DNA from: Felis catus
Lineage: Eukaryota
Assembly: GCF_018350175.1 (NCBI RefSeq)
Contig: NC_058383.1
Coordinates: forward strand, 26,414,001 to 26,478,000
Direction: 5' to 3'
DNA length: 64,000 nt
The notes beneath the pieces are model-generated. The model had not been told where the DNA came from and did no database searches. It saw nothing but the letters and a program-made list of their open reading frames with translations. The number at the start of each line of letters is the position of its first letter. Position 1 is the first letter of the stretch. Position numbers and translations under genes: made by a program. Below are positions 38,222 to 52,673 of the stretch, piece after piece.

Positions 38222-38740
38222 AAGTAAATTTAAAAAAAAGAAAGTAAGTGATATCAATATGAAAAGTGGAAATTTATATCCTATATTCTTACTATTCTAA
38301 TCAAAAGAGATAGTGCAGCAGGAAGTTTAAAGCCGTCAAGTCAGTGGGTGGCTCTCAGGCTGGACACAGTCCATAGACACTCTATATGGTGGGATTTTTT
38401 CAAAATTAATTTGCTGTATTTGGCTACCCTCATGGCTATTCCCAATTCCTTTCTCTCTTGCCAGTCATCCACTCTGGAGATTGGAAAAAGCCAAATCTTT
38501 GTATTGATGTGTCATTTCCTGAATTTGATCATTCTGTAGTTACATGGAAGAGGAAACTTGAACTAGGGAAATACACTCTGGAATGTGTAGAGATGAAGGG
38601 CATTCTGTTTGCAACTTATTTTTATTTGTTGTATATATACTTTTTTTAAGTAAGCTCTAGGCCCAGTGTGGTGCTCGAACTCACAACCCCGAGATCAGGA
38701 ATCACACACACTACTGACTAAGCTAGCAAGGCATCCCTGT
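36450..38740. mobile_element. Four dispersed SINECs (36450-36658 -, 37162-37365 +, 38047-38240 + with long (CT)n, 38640-38737 -)
   Basis: SINEC motifs read directly. Confidence 0.85.
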
Positions 38741-40026
38741 CCTTATGTTTTCAGTTGTTGATAGTAACTTGCAGCCGAAGGCATTCCTAATATGGTTGTT
38801 GTGCTCATTTTTTTTTTCTAACCTCCCAGCATTTAAACTCTCAAAAACAGGAATTCCAGGACATGTGCCCCAGAGGCTGCAACTTACGTAGCACACCTGG
38901 CATTTCAAATGGAGGTGGCAGTTGGAAGACATCAAGGGCAGTGGGACTGATAGGCTAGGGGAGCATTGCCCAATGTCCCACGGGCCGTGGTACCTACCAA
39001 TGCTAGCCTTTTACTAGCTACCTCCTTGGGTACTACCTGTCTCTGTCCCAGCTGCTGGGGCTCTCATGGTTCTTGCCTGGTCTCCTGAGCCCAGCTCCCC
39101 ACCTTTAGGTCAATTTTCGGAGCTAACTGGTATACCTTTCGCATTAACCCTTTGTCTGCTTAAGCCAACCAGAGAGAATTCTGTTAGCAGTTGATAACCC
39201 TGACTGGTATAATTGTACACATTTGAAAATCCAAAAATTCACATCAAATCCCACATTTCTGACTTGTCTTGAAAAGTCAGAAGATGATGCACTAGTGGGA
39301 CTTAACTCCCAGGCAGGAACAATAGGCTGATGTTGATAGCAGCTACTACCCTCCTTTAAATGGCATATCTTGGTTACCTATCTGGCATTTGGGGGCTTGT
39401 GTCTTCCAATCATGGACACCCACATTAAAGGTTTTCTTTCCTTCATTTAAATCTTATCAGGAATATGCAGAACTATAATATCCAGTGAACCCATTTTAAC
39501 TATGTCCAAATTTCAGGGACGTAGGTCAAGTTCAGTGACTAGATGTAGTAGGTACCAATAAAAATAGACTAGGTGGGTGAATAAAAGGATGCACAAAGGG
39601 TGACTGTAGCATCTGGAAGTATCCAGGCTGGAGAAAAGGACACTAAGTCAGTAAATAACCAAAGGGATATCAGGTGAAAGAATATGTGTTTTGGATTGAC
39701 CCAAAAGTCAGAACTAGAATCATGGTGTGGAATTTATACAAAAGCGAATTTCTATTTAGACTAAGAAGGATTCAAATAATTTGAGCTGCTTATCAGGTGG
39801 CTGGAGTGCAAAATAAGACCCGTGGCTGGAGGCGGTCACGCAAAGACTGAATGGGTCTTGGGCAAGGATGTAGAAATCTCTGTGCTCTGTGGAGGGCAAA
39901 GTAGAACTTCTCAAAGTTGAATGTTCAAAGAAACCACCTGGGGATCCTGCTAATATATAAACTGTAATTTGGTAAGTCTGGAATGCAGCCCGAGGATTTG
40001 CATTTTTTTAAATTCGAGAATAACTG

Positions 40027-41860
40027 GGGGCTCCGGGGTGGCTCTTTCCGTTGATCATTATCAGACTTCTGCTCAGGTCATGATCTTGCGGTTTGTGAGT
40101 TCCAGTTTGGGCGCCCTCCTGTCAACATGGAGACTGCTTCTGATTCTCTGTCTCCATCTCTCTCTGCCCCTTCCGGTTCGCGCTGTCTCACAAATAAATA
40201 AACATTAAAAAAAAAGAATAGTTGACATACAATGTTACTTTAGTTTCAGGTGTAAGAGGTTCTGCATTTTTCTTTAATGTTTTTATTTGTAAGAGAGAGT
40301 GAGAGAGTGTACTTGAGAGGGACGGGGCAGGGGGGGGGAGAGACAGGATCCAAAGTGGGCTCTGTGCTAACAACAGAGAGCCCAATGCAGGGCTCGAACT
40401 CACAAACCAGGAGATCATGACCTGAGCCGAAGTGGGATGCTTAACCGCTGAGCTGCCCAGGCACCCCTAGAGGTTCTGCATTTTTAACACATTCTCAGGG
40501 AATGCTGATATTCCTGGTCCAAGGCCACACTTTCAGTAGCTGAGAGATTATCTCTGGGCCCTCTCAGGACTCTGACGTTCTGTGAACGTTCTATGAGGCT
40601 GTCTGTAAGCTCCCTACCAATAGGGACCATATCTGCCCTGTCTTTTGTTATATCCCCAATACCTAGCACAGAGCCTGACACATAGTAGGTGCTCAAGAAA
40701 AAGAGATATTAATGAGAAATACTACTCAGCAATAAAAAAAAATAACCAAATGACAGGGGCACCTGGGTGGCTCAGTTGGTTGAGCGTCCAACGTCCAACT
40801 TCAGCTCGGGTCATGATCTCACAGCTCATGAGTTTAAGCACTGAATGGGGCTTGCTGCTTCAGCCAGAGCCTGCTTCAGATCCTCTGTCCCACTGTCTCT
40901 CTGACCCTCCTCAGCTTGTGTTCTCTCAAGATTAAAAAAAAACAAAAAACAAATGACACATGCCAATCTCAAAGTATTATCTAATGTGTACGCTCACATG
41001 TATATGATATTCTTGAGAAGATAAAGCCATAGTGACACAGACCATATCATTGTTTGCCAGAAGTTAGGGATGGGGAGGGAGACAGAATGTAATTATAAAG
41101 GAAAAACAGCGGAATTTTCTGGGATGATAGAATTCCGTTCTGTATTCTGATTGTGGTGGTAGCTATAGAAATCTATACATATCGGGGCGCCTGGGTGGCT
41201 CAGTCGGTTAAGCGTCCGACTTCAGCTCAGGTCACGATCTCACGGTCCGTGAGTTCGAGCCCCACGTCGGGCTCTGTGCTGACAGCTCAGAGCCTGGAGC
41301 CTGTTTCAGATTCTGTGTCTCCCTCTCTCTGACCCTCCCCCATTCATGCTCTGTCTCTCTCTGTCTCAAAAATAAATAAACGTTAAAAAAAAAATTAAAA
41401 AAAAAAAAAGAAATCTATACATATGTTAAAATTCATTGATCTGTGGAGCGCGTGGGTGGCTCAGTAGGTTAAGTGTCATACTTCTGCTCAGGTCATGATC
41501 TCGCAACTCATGAGTTTGAGCCCCACATCAGGCTCTATGCTGACAGCTCAGAACCTGGATCCTGCTTCGGATTCTGTGTCTTCCTCTCTCTCTGCCCCTC
41601 CCCCACTTGTGCTCTCCTTCCAAAATAAATAAACACTGGGGCACCTGGATGGCTCAGTCAGTTGAGCATCTTCAGCTCAGGTCATGATCTCACGGTCCAT
41701 GGGTTTGAGCCCTGCACCAGGCTCTATGCTGCCGGCTCAGAGCCTGGAACCTGCTTCAGATTCTGTGTCCCTCCTCTCTCTCTGCTGCTCCCCCACTCAC
41801 ATTCTGTCTCACTCTCTCTCTCAAAACTAAACATTAAAAAAAAAATTAAAAATAAATAAA
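40027..41860. mobile_element. Dense SINEC cluster (40027-40215 +, 40270-40468 -, 40757-40950 +, 41184-41408 +, 41444-41635 +, 41638-41860 +) embedded in MER5, L2 and old L1 remnants
   Basis: Six SINEC bodies; TSD agaaatctatacatat flanks the 41184 copy. Confidence 0.88.
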
Positions 41861-42784
41861 TGAACATTTAAAACTTTTGTTAAAAATCATTGATCTGCAT
41901 ACCAAACAAGGTCAATTTTACTGCATGATAGTTTTTTAAATAAAATAGATGTTAAAAAAATAATTATTGAAAATGACATTTTTTGAATCACATTAATTGA
42001 ATAACTATCCTGGGCCAAGCCAGAGCCAGGTACTGAGGCTTCAAAGATGAAAAAGACAAAACCCTCCACTCCCAACATGTCTCCTTATTGTTGATAAAAC
42101 TCTTCTGGGAAAATAATTATCCAAGAGTCATAAGTGACAAATGGAGGTGGAGAAAGGATCTAAGCCTTCATCAGTTTGTGATCATTATTGTTTATGCTGG
42201 GATTTAAGATGAGTGCTAATGACATTCCTTGCTTTTGATGGGCTTGGAAAAAATTCTAGGAATTCTGCTCAAATTTAGTAGCCTGTCCCCACTTAACAAG
42301 TCCACATGTTTGCCTCCAGACTTAACCTTGTAGATTGTCAAATCCATCCAAGGGGAAAGCCAATTTGCATAATCCAGTCTGGCTGCCAACTGACAGATGA
42401 AACAGATCCAGCCCAGAGCAGAGGGAATCTTGACTCAGAACTTGTAAAAATTCAAGTACAGAAGTCGAAAATGTAGAGACAGCCACTGCTACAGTTTGGT
42501 ATTTATTCCTCCAGAGTTTTTTTCCTACGCACATGCTAACATCGGTCCATAAATTATTTGTTTTACAGCAGGTGATCCTACTAAGTAAACTGGTCCACCA
42601 ATTGCTTGTGTTTTCATTTAACAATGTGGACAGTTTTCCATCCCAATAATAGAGGCAGACATTTTTTGTGGTCAGAGCTGCACTGATAGACTGTTATTGA
42701 AATACATCCTGTTTATTAACTTAGTCCTCTATTGACAGATATTCACATCCCTCCCAATTTCACGGTTACAAACTCTATCGGATG

Positions 42785-42986
42785 GGCTAGGATGGGCTGC
42801 TAAGTTAGGCTGCTGTAATTAATATTTCAAATCTTAGTAACTGAACACAAGAAAGATTTATTTCTTGCTCATGATGCATTTCCATTATTTCCAGCCACAG
42901 CCCTGCCCTGTGTCAGCTCTGCTCCAGGGGCCAGACTGATGGAGCAGCCATTATCTGAAATTTGCAGGACAGCATAGCATAGAGAG

Positions 42987-43018
<32 letters not shown>

Positions 43019-43200
43019 TGACAAGACATACACTGGCTTGAAGCGACTGACAGGAAGTGACACATGTGACCTGCTTACATTTTTTTTGTGAGGGCAGGGG
43101 GGACCAAACAAGTCCCATGACCAATCTTGGGTTCAAATGGCAGAGAAGTATAATCCTCCCACAGGGAAGGGAGTCAGATATTGGCAGGAAGTCAGCCTAC
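42785..43200 (+). mobile_element. MLT1 LTR containing a poly(A) run (~42987-43014)
   Basis: ggctgctgtaa...caaatcttagt...ccagactgatggagcagccatta...ggaagtgacacatgtgac. Confidence 0.65.
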
Positions 43201-43329
43201 CAATCAGCATCCTCCCACAAGCATCTGTATATTCTTGGGGGAGTTTTTCAGTAAGACAAATTCCTACACGTTGAATTGCTGGTCAAAACAAAGGCATACC
43301 ACTATATGTGTTTGCTTGAATTGAACAAT

Positions 43330-43417
43330 TAAGTAAATGGATAGTAATGGTGGAAACCAAGCTTCTCATTATTGGAGTAGGAGATTTCATTTTATTTTTT
43401 AATTTATATTTATTCAT

Positions 43418-43453
<36 letters not shown>

Positions 43454-44340
43454 AGCGGTGAAGGGGCAGAGAAAGAGAGAGAGAGAATCCCAAGCAGATT
43501 CTGCACTGCCAGCACAGAGCCCATTGTGGGGCTCAAACCCATGAAACGAGAGGTTGTGACCTGAGCTGAAACCAAGAGTTGGACGCTTAACCGACTGAGC
43601 CACCCTTGTGTCCCTGGAGTAGGAGATTTTAAATAAACAAGCAGAGAAGTCTAGAATAATCCATGCGGCAATGGTTTACAATTGGAAAGATCATTGTGAA
43701 CTCTCTCGTTGAGCTTAATATACGTTCAGATGGCGCCACGTAGAAATAGTTACTGATACACTGTATACACAGGTTAGTGAACAGGTACTTTGCTTTGTAC
43801 TGTCTACCGAGGGGACCAACAGCAGGAACCCCTCAGTAGCAACAAGCACATTTGGTTCTCAGATCTCAGTCTTTAATACCATTCTCCAACCAAAGGACAG
43901 GTGGCTGATGCTAGAACAGGGCCAAGAAACATATGAGCCGAGCCTGGAGCACCTTGTAGTGCCAGAAAGTAAAAGGAAATAGTCACACAAAAAGTCACAA
44001 GGATGGGGTATGTCAAAGGGACACAGGAGCCACCTGAAGGAGCCTCAGTGGCCAAAGCTAAAATAACCTGAGGCTCAAAATAAATAAAGTATGTTTACCC
44101 AAAGTAAAGAAAGAAAGAGAAAGAAGAAAAAGAAAAAAGGCAAGTTCATACTGATATAAATAATTTCATAAATAAATAAATGGGGAGACTCAACAAGAGA
44201 TTCTCCTGGGCAAGCGAATTCTGCATAATTTAGATATAGATACTTTGCCTGCAAGGAGGCAGAACAGAATGCTGCACTCTTCAAATGTGAATCACACATA
44301 CTGACCTCCTTCCAGAGAACACAGTATGAAAAGGGAAGCA
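43330..44340 (+). mobile_element. Old L1 3'-UTR remnant with a minus-strand SINEC (43388-43614)
   Basis: gagcctggagcaccttgtagtgccagaaagtaaaaggaa motif; SINE TSD tggagtaggagattt. Confidence 0.65.
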
Positions 44341-45186
44341 GCCACCCAGTAAGCCGTTCTTATTATCGTCTTTTACTAAATGAACCCCTTCCTGCATTCG
44401 GAACAGGTAAGAAATCTTCCTTCGAGGGGAGAAACAGTGTTGTGTTGTGCAGATCAGACATTTACTAGCTGTGGGATCCTGAGCAGACGTTTTATTTCTC
44501 TGAGCCTCACACAGTGCTGGGTGTGAAGTAGATGTTCAATTAATGCTCCATTCTATCGTGTGTAAGTAGACACATCAGAGAGCCTCGGAAGGGTGGCAGG
44601 CAGTGGGGTCAGCCATCAGTGCCACTGTCGTCTTGAGACAAACCATGACCAATGGGAAAACAAAGACTGAAACTTGTGAGTGGGTGAGTCAGTTGGGGGG
44701 CTTCTGTCGGCAAGTGAGAGAAAATCCAGCCGCCAGTGGCTGAAAAGTAAGAATTCCGGCAGCAGAAGCATCCAGGACCAGTTAGTTCAGTGGCTCAGCG
44801 AAGTCATCCAGTCCTTCTGTCTATCTGCTCGGCCACCCCCGCGTCTCCTCCTCTGATTAACCTGTGTTGTCACAACATGGCTGCCACAGTTCCAAGCATC
44901 GTGGGCTGGCAGGGACAGGTCCAGGGAGGAGGAACAGCAGCCTTTTCTTCTTTGTGTACCTCTTCTGAAAAGCAAAGAACCTTTCCCAGAAGCCGCCAGC
45001 AGACTCCCCTCATGTGCCCTTGGCCAGACCAGGCTCTTGCTAAGCCCAGGTTTAGACCAATCAGGATTTACTCTGAAAGCACATGGGGAGGGCTGGACAC
45101 AGGGTAAAACCCAGGACTCAGGCTGCAGGAGAGTCTTCTCCAGCATGGCCTTCTGAATGCAAGCAAGAATTAAGAGGAAGCTTCCT

Positions 45187-45415
45187 GGGGTGTCTGGGTG
45201 GCTCAGTAGGTTAAGCGTTTGACTTCAACTCAGGTCCTGATCTCAACGTTTCATGAGTCGGAGCCCCGCATCAGGCTCTCTGCTGACAGCTCAGAGCCTG
45301 GAGCCTGCTTTGGATTCTGTCTCACTCTCTCAGCCCCTCCCCCACTTGTGCTCCGTCTCTCTCCTTCTCTCTCTCTCTCTCTCTCTCTCAAAACTAAATA
45401 AACATTTTAAAAAAG
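45187..45415 (+). mobile_element. SINEC
   Basis: Head and CT/A tail. Confidence 0.88.
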
Positions 45416-46129
45416 AGAGACAGAGAGAATGCTTCCTTTCGTACATAATTAGAAAAACATGTTAATAACCACGTTCCCATCACCACCACATAGAGCCCCA
45501 AAGCTAGATTTTCTCTGTAAGTCAGGCTGTATAAGGTCCTACCCAAAGGTAGACAGATGAAAAAGATTACCATTTCAAGACCCTCTAGTCTGAAGAGACT
45601 AAGATTCTAAAAGTTCCTCCGTCTCTGGCCTTGAATAAGTACTTGTTCTCCCTCTGAACTCCGGTGTCTTTGATTCTAAGATAAATGTGGTGCTGTGTCT
45701 AATTCCCTACTTCTTGAACTCACTATTTATAGATATTCCTTTTAAATGTACAGGTATAATCTCCTAATTATATTTTGTCATCAACATCATTACATTTATG
45801 AAACAAGCAGATAGCCGATTGATTAAGCATGCAGACTGTATGAATATAAATCCCAAATTTACGGTAAGTCCATCATCAGTGGCAGCATGACATTAAATAG
45901 GTTAATCACTTTAGACTTCCATTTCCTTGGCTATAAAATAATAACATTTACCTCCTAGAAGAATTATATGAGATGAGGCCTATGAGGTGTTGAAATGTGT
46001 CTGGCATATAATAAACCCTGGATAAATGTGAACCTTTGTATTTGTATTAGAATCCATACTGGCATCCATTCTCCTATTTGTATCTTCTCTTCTGCCATCA
46101 TGTGGACACAAATCACAATGGTCAGGGGG

Positions 46130-47410
46130 CCCGTGGAGGACAGAATAAAGATGCCCACATCCTAATTCTCTGGAACTTGTGAATATGTTACCTTATAGGA
46201 TGAAAGGGCTTTTGCACAGTAGCCTGAATCATCCAGGTGGGCCCAATCTAATCCCATGAGACCTCAAAGATGGCGGAGGAGGGATTCAACATGAGAGATT
46301 CAACTCACCAACACTGGCTTTGAAGATGGAGGCAGGAAACCAAGGAACGGGACAACTTCTAGAAGCTGAGAAACAGCCCTCAGCTTACAACCAAGAAGAA
46401 AGCTAGGGCTTTGGCCCTATAATCGCAAGGAACTGGCTTCTGCCAACTCAAATGAGCAGGAAGGTAACTCTCTCTTGGAACCTCAGAAAGGAACACAGCC
46501 CTGCTGACATCTTGATTTTAGCTCAGTGAGACCCATTTTTGGACTTCTGACCTACAGACCGGTAAGATAATAAATTTGTGGGGACTTTTTTTTTTAATGT
46601 GTAAAAAAACACATTCACAAAATTTACCATCTTAACCATTTTTAAGTGTGCAGTATAGTGGTGTTAACTATATATACATTGTCATGCAACAAATCTCTAG
46701 AACTTTTTCATTTTGCAAAACTGTAACTCTCCTCTTTGAACAGAAGCCTCCTCCCTCCTCATTTTCCCCTCCACCCAGCTCCTCCCCCCACCCCCACCAT
46801 TCTACTTTCTGTTTCTAAAAAGCTGATTACTTTAGGGGCATCTGGCTGGCTCAGTCAGTGGAGCATGCGACTCTTGATCTCGGGGTTGTGGGTTCTAGCC
46901 CCACAACTGGGTGTAGAGATTTCTAAAAAATTTTTGAAATCTTAAAAAAAAAAAAAAAAGTGACCACCTTAGATACCTCATATAAGTGACATCATACACT
47001 CTTTATCCTTTTGTGACTGGCTTATTTCACTTAGCCTAATGTCCCCAAGGTTCATTCCTATTGTAGGTATGATGGGGTTGCTTCCTTTTTAAGACTGAAT
47101 AATATTCCACTGCGTGTGTAGACCACATTTGGTTTATCCATTCATCACTTGACGGACATTTAGGTGGCCTCCACCCTTGGCTATTGTAAATAATGCTGCA
47201 ATCAACATGGGTGTACAAATATCTCTTCAAGACCCTGTTTTTAATTATTTTGAACACATACCCACAATTGGGATTGCTGGATCATATGGTAATCCTATTT
47301 ATAATTTTTTGAGGAATCTACATACTGTTTTCCATAGCAACTGTACCATAATTTGTGTTATTTTAAGCCACTAAACTTGTGATAATCCATTATGGCGGTG
47401 ATAGGAAATA
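46130..47410. mobile_element. Nested insertion: MLT1D-like LTR split by a minus-strand L1 3' end (~46585-47350), itself split by a SINEC (46835-46960)
   Basis: LTR breaks at ...aagataataaatttgtg (46580) and resumes at aatttgtgttattttaagccactaa (47351); aatttgtg is duplicated. Confidence 0.82.
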
Positions 47411-47713
47411 TTGAACCTTTATTGATTTTCCTTTTTTTAAAACCTTTTGATGTATAACATACACACAGAAAAGTGCACCTACCGTAAGCTTACAGCTTTA
47501 TCAATTTTCACAATTGGAGCACACCTGTATAACCAGCACCCAGATCAAGAAATAGAATTCTTCTACCTTCCGCCCCCACCCAGAACCTCCCTCATGCCCG
47601 AAAGGAGTCTGGAAACTGTCATTTCTGATTGCATTTTACAGAAGGGAGAATTGAGGCCCAGGAAGGTTGCAGGCAATACCATCACGTATCTATTTTTAAA
47701 CTATGCACGTTTC

Positions 47714-48240
47714 GGGGCGCCTGGGTGGCTCCCTTGGTGGAGCATCTGACTTAGGCTCAGGTCATGATCTCGACTTGCAGGTTCAAGCCTTGTGTCTGGC
47801 TGTGTACTGACAGCTCAGAGCTTGGAGCTTTGGATTCTGTGTCTTCCTCTCTCTCTCTCTGCCCCTCCCCTGTTCTCTGTCTCTCAAAAAAATAAAATAA
47901 AACATTAAAACAATTTTTAATGAAGTATGCAGATTTCATAGGGGGCTTGGCTGGCTCAGTTGGTGGATCATGCGACTTCTGATCTCGGAGTTGTGAGAGC
48001 AAGCCCCATGATGGGTATAGAGATTACTTAAAAATAAGATCTTTTATTATTTATTTATTTATTTATTTTGAGAGAGGGAGTGCGCGTGCAAGGGGGAGTG
48101 ACAGAGACAGAGGCAGAGAGAGGCTCCAGTGCTGTCAATGCACAGCCCAACGCAGGGTTTGATCCCAAGAACCAGGAGATCATGACCTGAGCCGAAATCA
48201 AGAGTTGGATGCTTAACGACTGAGCCACCTAGGCATCCCC
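47714..48240. mobile_element. Three adjacent SINECs (+, +, -)
   Basis: Heads at 47714 and 47941; reverse head at 48240. Confidence 0.88.
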
Positions 48241-49856
48241 GAAATGAAATATTGAAAAAAATAATAAAATAAATTAAGATAAAAATATGCACTTCAAATA
48301 CTTGAGTACTTGAGTACTCTTCAAACATACCTAATAGAGGAGACTGTTGGAGGAAAATCATTCCCCTTCCAGGGAAATTCATGAACATTCCCATTTTTAA
48401 AGGAGTTTTAAAAGGATCCCCAAGAGGGGTTTTAATGCGCCATAAACAGAAATCATCCCACAAATTTGTGGGACCGTTTGTACAAAACCATTTTTACAAA
48501 TACAAACCCACCCATGATCTCAATGAATGAGAACACAGGTTTTAGTTTTCAGCTATGGCCTAGCCTCTTGTGCCACCTGCCGGTGTATTGTGGGAACGTC
48601 GTCGCTGCGTCCTGTCGGCAGTCAGTGGTTCTTTTTCAAAATAAATACGTACTGAACACGCAAGCATCTTGCAGAGAAGGCAGACAGTCATACACGTATA
48701 ACCAATGTAAAATTACAAGTGTAGTAAATTCAACGATGACAAGCGATTCTCTAACCTGGTTGTTCATCTTGTAAAAATCTTGTTAGACTAACCTTCAGGG
48801 AAAAAAAAACAAAAAACAAACAAACAAAAAAAACCCTCTCCCAGAGATTTGTGTCCATTGGCCTGGAATAGAATCCAAGAAATCTGTATTTTCTACCAGC
48901 ATCCAGTAATACTTCTATAACTGTGGACACAGTAGATTGGTTTTGGAAGGGTTAGGCGTAAAAGGAACTTTTAAAGTAGAATTTGATTATAAATACACTG
49001 TGAATAAAAATCTGAGTAAAGCAAAGATGTTAGGTGGAAATCATCAGGGTAGAAGGGCAATTATAATTGGAGAAAGTGGTTTTGAGGGAGACAGAACTCA
49101 ACAGAGAGTACAGGCTACAGGCAGAGAATGGAGTTTTAGGTGGGGAAGAGGAGGGAAAGAAAAAACAAGGGCGAGGAATTAGATCTTCAAAGAGACCCAC
49201 AGCAGGCTATTCAGCCCCTACTACTGTAAATCACTGCATCATATATAAGGGCTCCAACAGATGGAAACATTAGCCACGCACCCCAGGAACATAGGGCCAT
49301 GACAGGAAGTGAACTCCAGGATTACGGATTTGGGAAATGGTACAATATACCAAAGTCTGGCAACTTCCCCAAGACCACTGTAAACCCCACCAGGGCAGGG
49401 ACCCCACATGCCATTTTCACCACTGTCTGCACACTTAGGTACTGCTAGAAAAAGCCCACGAGCAGCTGTGGAGCACACGCGAAAGTGCACAGGTACTGCT
49501 GTCCTCGTTGTTGTAGGAACAGGCACGTGAGCAAACTTTCTGACGCACTGATTGGTCCAAGGTGTGGTCATGTGACTGCAGATGATCCAATCAGCATTCT
49601 TCTTTAGTCTTTTGGAAGCCAAAGCTGTCACATATTTATTGAGTGCCTCCTTAGCACTTACCCTTGAAGGCTTCCTTCCAGCTTCAGCAGTCCGATGAGA
49701 CTATAAAAACAAGTCCATTTTGAATTTCCCCACTTGAGAACAATTACGTTAAGCACTTCTTATATGCCAAGCAATATGCTGTATATATCATCTCTCAACA
49801 ATCTTACAAGATAGGTAATTTCTTCTCCTCACTTTTCAAATGCAAAAAAACTAAGA

Positions 49857-50050
49857 TTTTTTTAAAAAAATTTTTTTAATATTTGTTTATTACAGAGAGA
49901 GAGAGAGAGAGGGAGACACAGACTCCAAAGCAGGCTCCGGGCTCTGAGCTGTCAGGGGAGAGGCTGATGCAGGGCTCAAACCCACCAACCAAAAGATCAT
50001 GACCTGAGCCGAAGCTGGATGCTTAACCGACTGAGCCACCCACGTGCCCT
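49857..50050 (-). mobile_element. SINEC inside a MIR
   Basis: aaaaaa(a/c)ctaagattt direct repeats. Confidence 0.88.
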
Positions 50051-50364
50051 GAAAAAAACCTAAGATTTACCAGAAATAAAGCAGTTTGCCCAAACTCAAA
50101 CAGCCAGGAAGCACCCAAGTTTGGAATCAGCTTAAGTTTCTTTGACTCCAGAGATCAAACTCTTAATTAATGGCTAAACTGATCTCATCTCCATGATTAT
50201 GCTCTAAACTGAATTATGCCCAGTTCATCATGATTTCTTTGAAAATACCATTTCGAATGGCTACATCAGTTTCACCTTATGGATGTAGCAGTCAATTCCC
50301 AATTGTTAACTATTTCAGATATTCTCAATAGATGCTGTTATAAATGGCATTTTGTTCTAAATCT

Positions 50365-50572
50365 AAATCAGCAAACTATAGCTTAGTGAGCCAAATCCAA
50401 TCTGCCATCTATTTTTGTAAATAAGGTTTTACTGGAACACAGCCACATGCATTCATTTACATATTGCCTATGGCTACTCTCTGCAGAATTGAGTGGTTGT
50501 GGCCGAGACCGTATGTCCTACAAACTTTTAAATATGTGCGATCCGGCTTTTTACAGAAAAGGTTTGCCAACG
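50365..50572. mobile_element. MER58A-like DNA transposon
   Basis: tcagcaaactatagc...gtaaataaggttttactggaacacagcc...tttacagaaaaggtttgccaac. Confidence 0.8.
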
Positions 50573-51614
50573 CATATTCTGAATATTTGTGTCACTGATT
50601 AAATTTTTAGGATAAACATAGAGAATAAGAATCAAGCTAAATTGTTTTCCAGAAGATGGGTTCTGAACAACATTGCCATTAGCAGTGTATTCCAAAGGGT
50701 CTATTTCCCATGTCTTACACTTTTGCCAGCACTGGAGGTTATGCAAATAGACATCAAGGTATTTCACTGTTCTAGGTACCAGAGAGACAGCAGTGACCAG
50801 AATACATAAGTTTTTGCCCTCAAGGAGCTTGCAATCTACTCAGGGGGTGGGGAGACATGATAAACCACCTGAAGAGTAAACCTATTATTTGTCAGATGGT
50901 AATAAGGTACTGTGATGAAAAGGACAGTGGCAGAAGGAAGGGTGATTCTGAGCAGAGTGGAGTGGAGTGGCTCCAAGGCTGCTTGCCACTTGTCCCTGAT
51001 TAGATGATGTTGGGGCAGAGACCTGAAAGGAGGAGCATCCCAGGTGGAGGAAAAGGCAAATACAACGAACATGGTGTTTTCAGAATTCAGAAGGGAAGTA
51101 GCTATTTTTAACTCCACAGTACCATTGTGCTGTGGGCATAACTTCACAGAGCCTGTAAGTCAGAAGTCTTTTCTATTTGACTCTGAAGTCTTTCATATTT
51201 GTGCAATGGCAGCAGCAGCTGATTTGCTTAGAGATTAGGTTGTGCTAAAGCTAACACCAAAATTAGTTTTCATTTCCTAAGTAAACAGCAGCTGGCAGTA
51301 CATTTGGGGGTGGAGAGCAGCCCAAATGAGCTGGGTAGAAGAGAAGAATCATCAGGGGGTTGGTATTTTCTGGAGAAGGAGAGGCATGTGTCAGTGGCTG
51401 AGGGGAAATACTCCCTGGGTGAGGTGTTGATTCTGAGCAGGGTGGAGTGGAGGGGCTTGTAAAGTATAACAAGCGAGAAGCGTCACTGTCATCTAAAATG
51501 CTTCCCTTGTTCTCGTCCCCTTTACTCTTTCAATCACCAAATCCTGTTATTTCTTCCTCAAAGACAGCACTTGATTTTGGAGCCTCATCTCTCGCTCTCG
51601 TCACCTCTGGACAG

Positions 51615-52030
51615 AGAGGGGTAGTTGTCCCTGAAAACTAATTTCACCTTCCTTCCTGAATGCATGGCCATCCAAACTAAAGACTACATTTCCCAGCCTC
51701 CTTTGCAGCCAGGGTGGTCATGTGACAGCACTCTGACCTATCAAATGTGATCAAAAATAACGTGCGTGGTTTCCAGGTTGTGCCCTGAAAGGAGAGGAGT
51801 ATGCCTTCCACTGTCACCTTTCCCTTTTCTCTCTGGCTGGAATGTACACAAGCTGGCAGGAGCTAGAGCAGCTGTTTGGATAAGGTTGGAGCTGTGTTTG
51901 AGGGCTCAATGCAAAACAGGGAGATAGGAGGAGACTAGGTCCCCAGATCTCTCATCCCAGAATTCCAGCCCTAGACTCCCAACGCAGACTGGCATATGAG
52001 AGAGAAACAAACATCTTACTCTAACACGGT
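51615..52030 (-). mobile_element. MLT1 LTR
   Basis: gactacatttcccagcctcctttgcagccagggtggtcatgtgac. Confidence 0.7.
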
Positions 52031-52149
52031 CCTCAGTGGCCACTTCAGCTTTAGCATTTCAATAGCAACGTGCCCAGACGGATGGGCACAGATACGCAAA
52101 GATACAAGGATATTTGCTGCTGCACTGTCATAATTAAAAAGAAGCAGTA

Positions 52150-52262
52150 GGGGCGCCTGGCTGGCTCAGTTGGCAGAACATGCAACTCTCGCTCTCCAGG
52201 TCGTGAGTTCAAGCTCCAATGTTGAACAGAGAGCTTACATAAAAAATTTAAAAATAAAAAAA
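52150..52262 (+). mobile_element. Short SINEC
   Basis: ggggcgcctggctggctcagttgg...A tail. Confidence 0.85.
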
Positions 52263-52673
52263 GAAGTGTTTGAGGAGGAAGCAAAGCGCCAAACGGTACA
52301 TGTAATGTGAGCCCATTTGGGAGGTGGAGGGGGAATGGCGACAGGCTTGCATATGCATAGGAAAATTCTGGAATTTTATGAAATACACGAGTGATCCCAA
52401 GTGAGATGTGTGAGCTGGTGAGAGGTGGAAACTGTTCATATTATGATATTCAAAACTACTTGAAATTATAACTGTAATCATAATTATATTATAATTATAA
52501 TATGTCACGTTAGTTGACCTAGGCAGCCCTTCCTGCACCCCAAGTGGCACATGCTGAAATGGACTTTCCAGTTTAAGTGTGAATTAATTTGCGGATCCAC
52601 CCGTAAATTAATTTGTGCAGCTCAAATGGAGCCTGTTCTTGGGACGGAGGGCAAGTGCCGAACCTTCCACACA

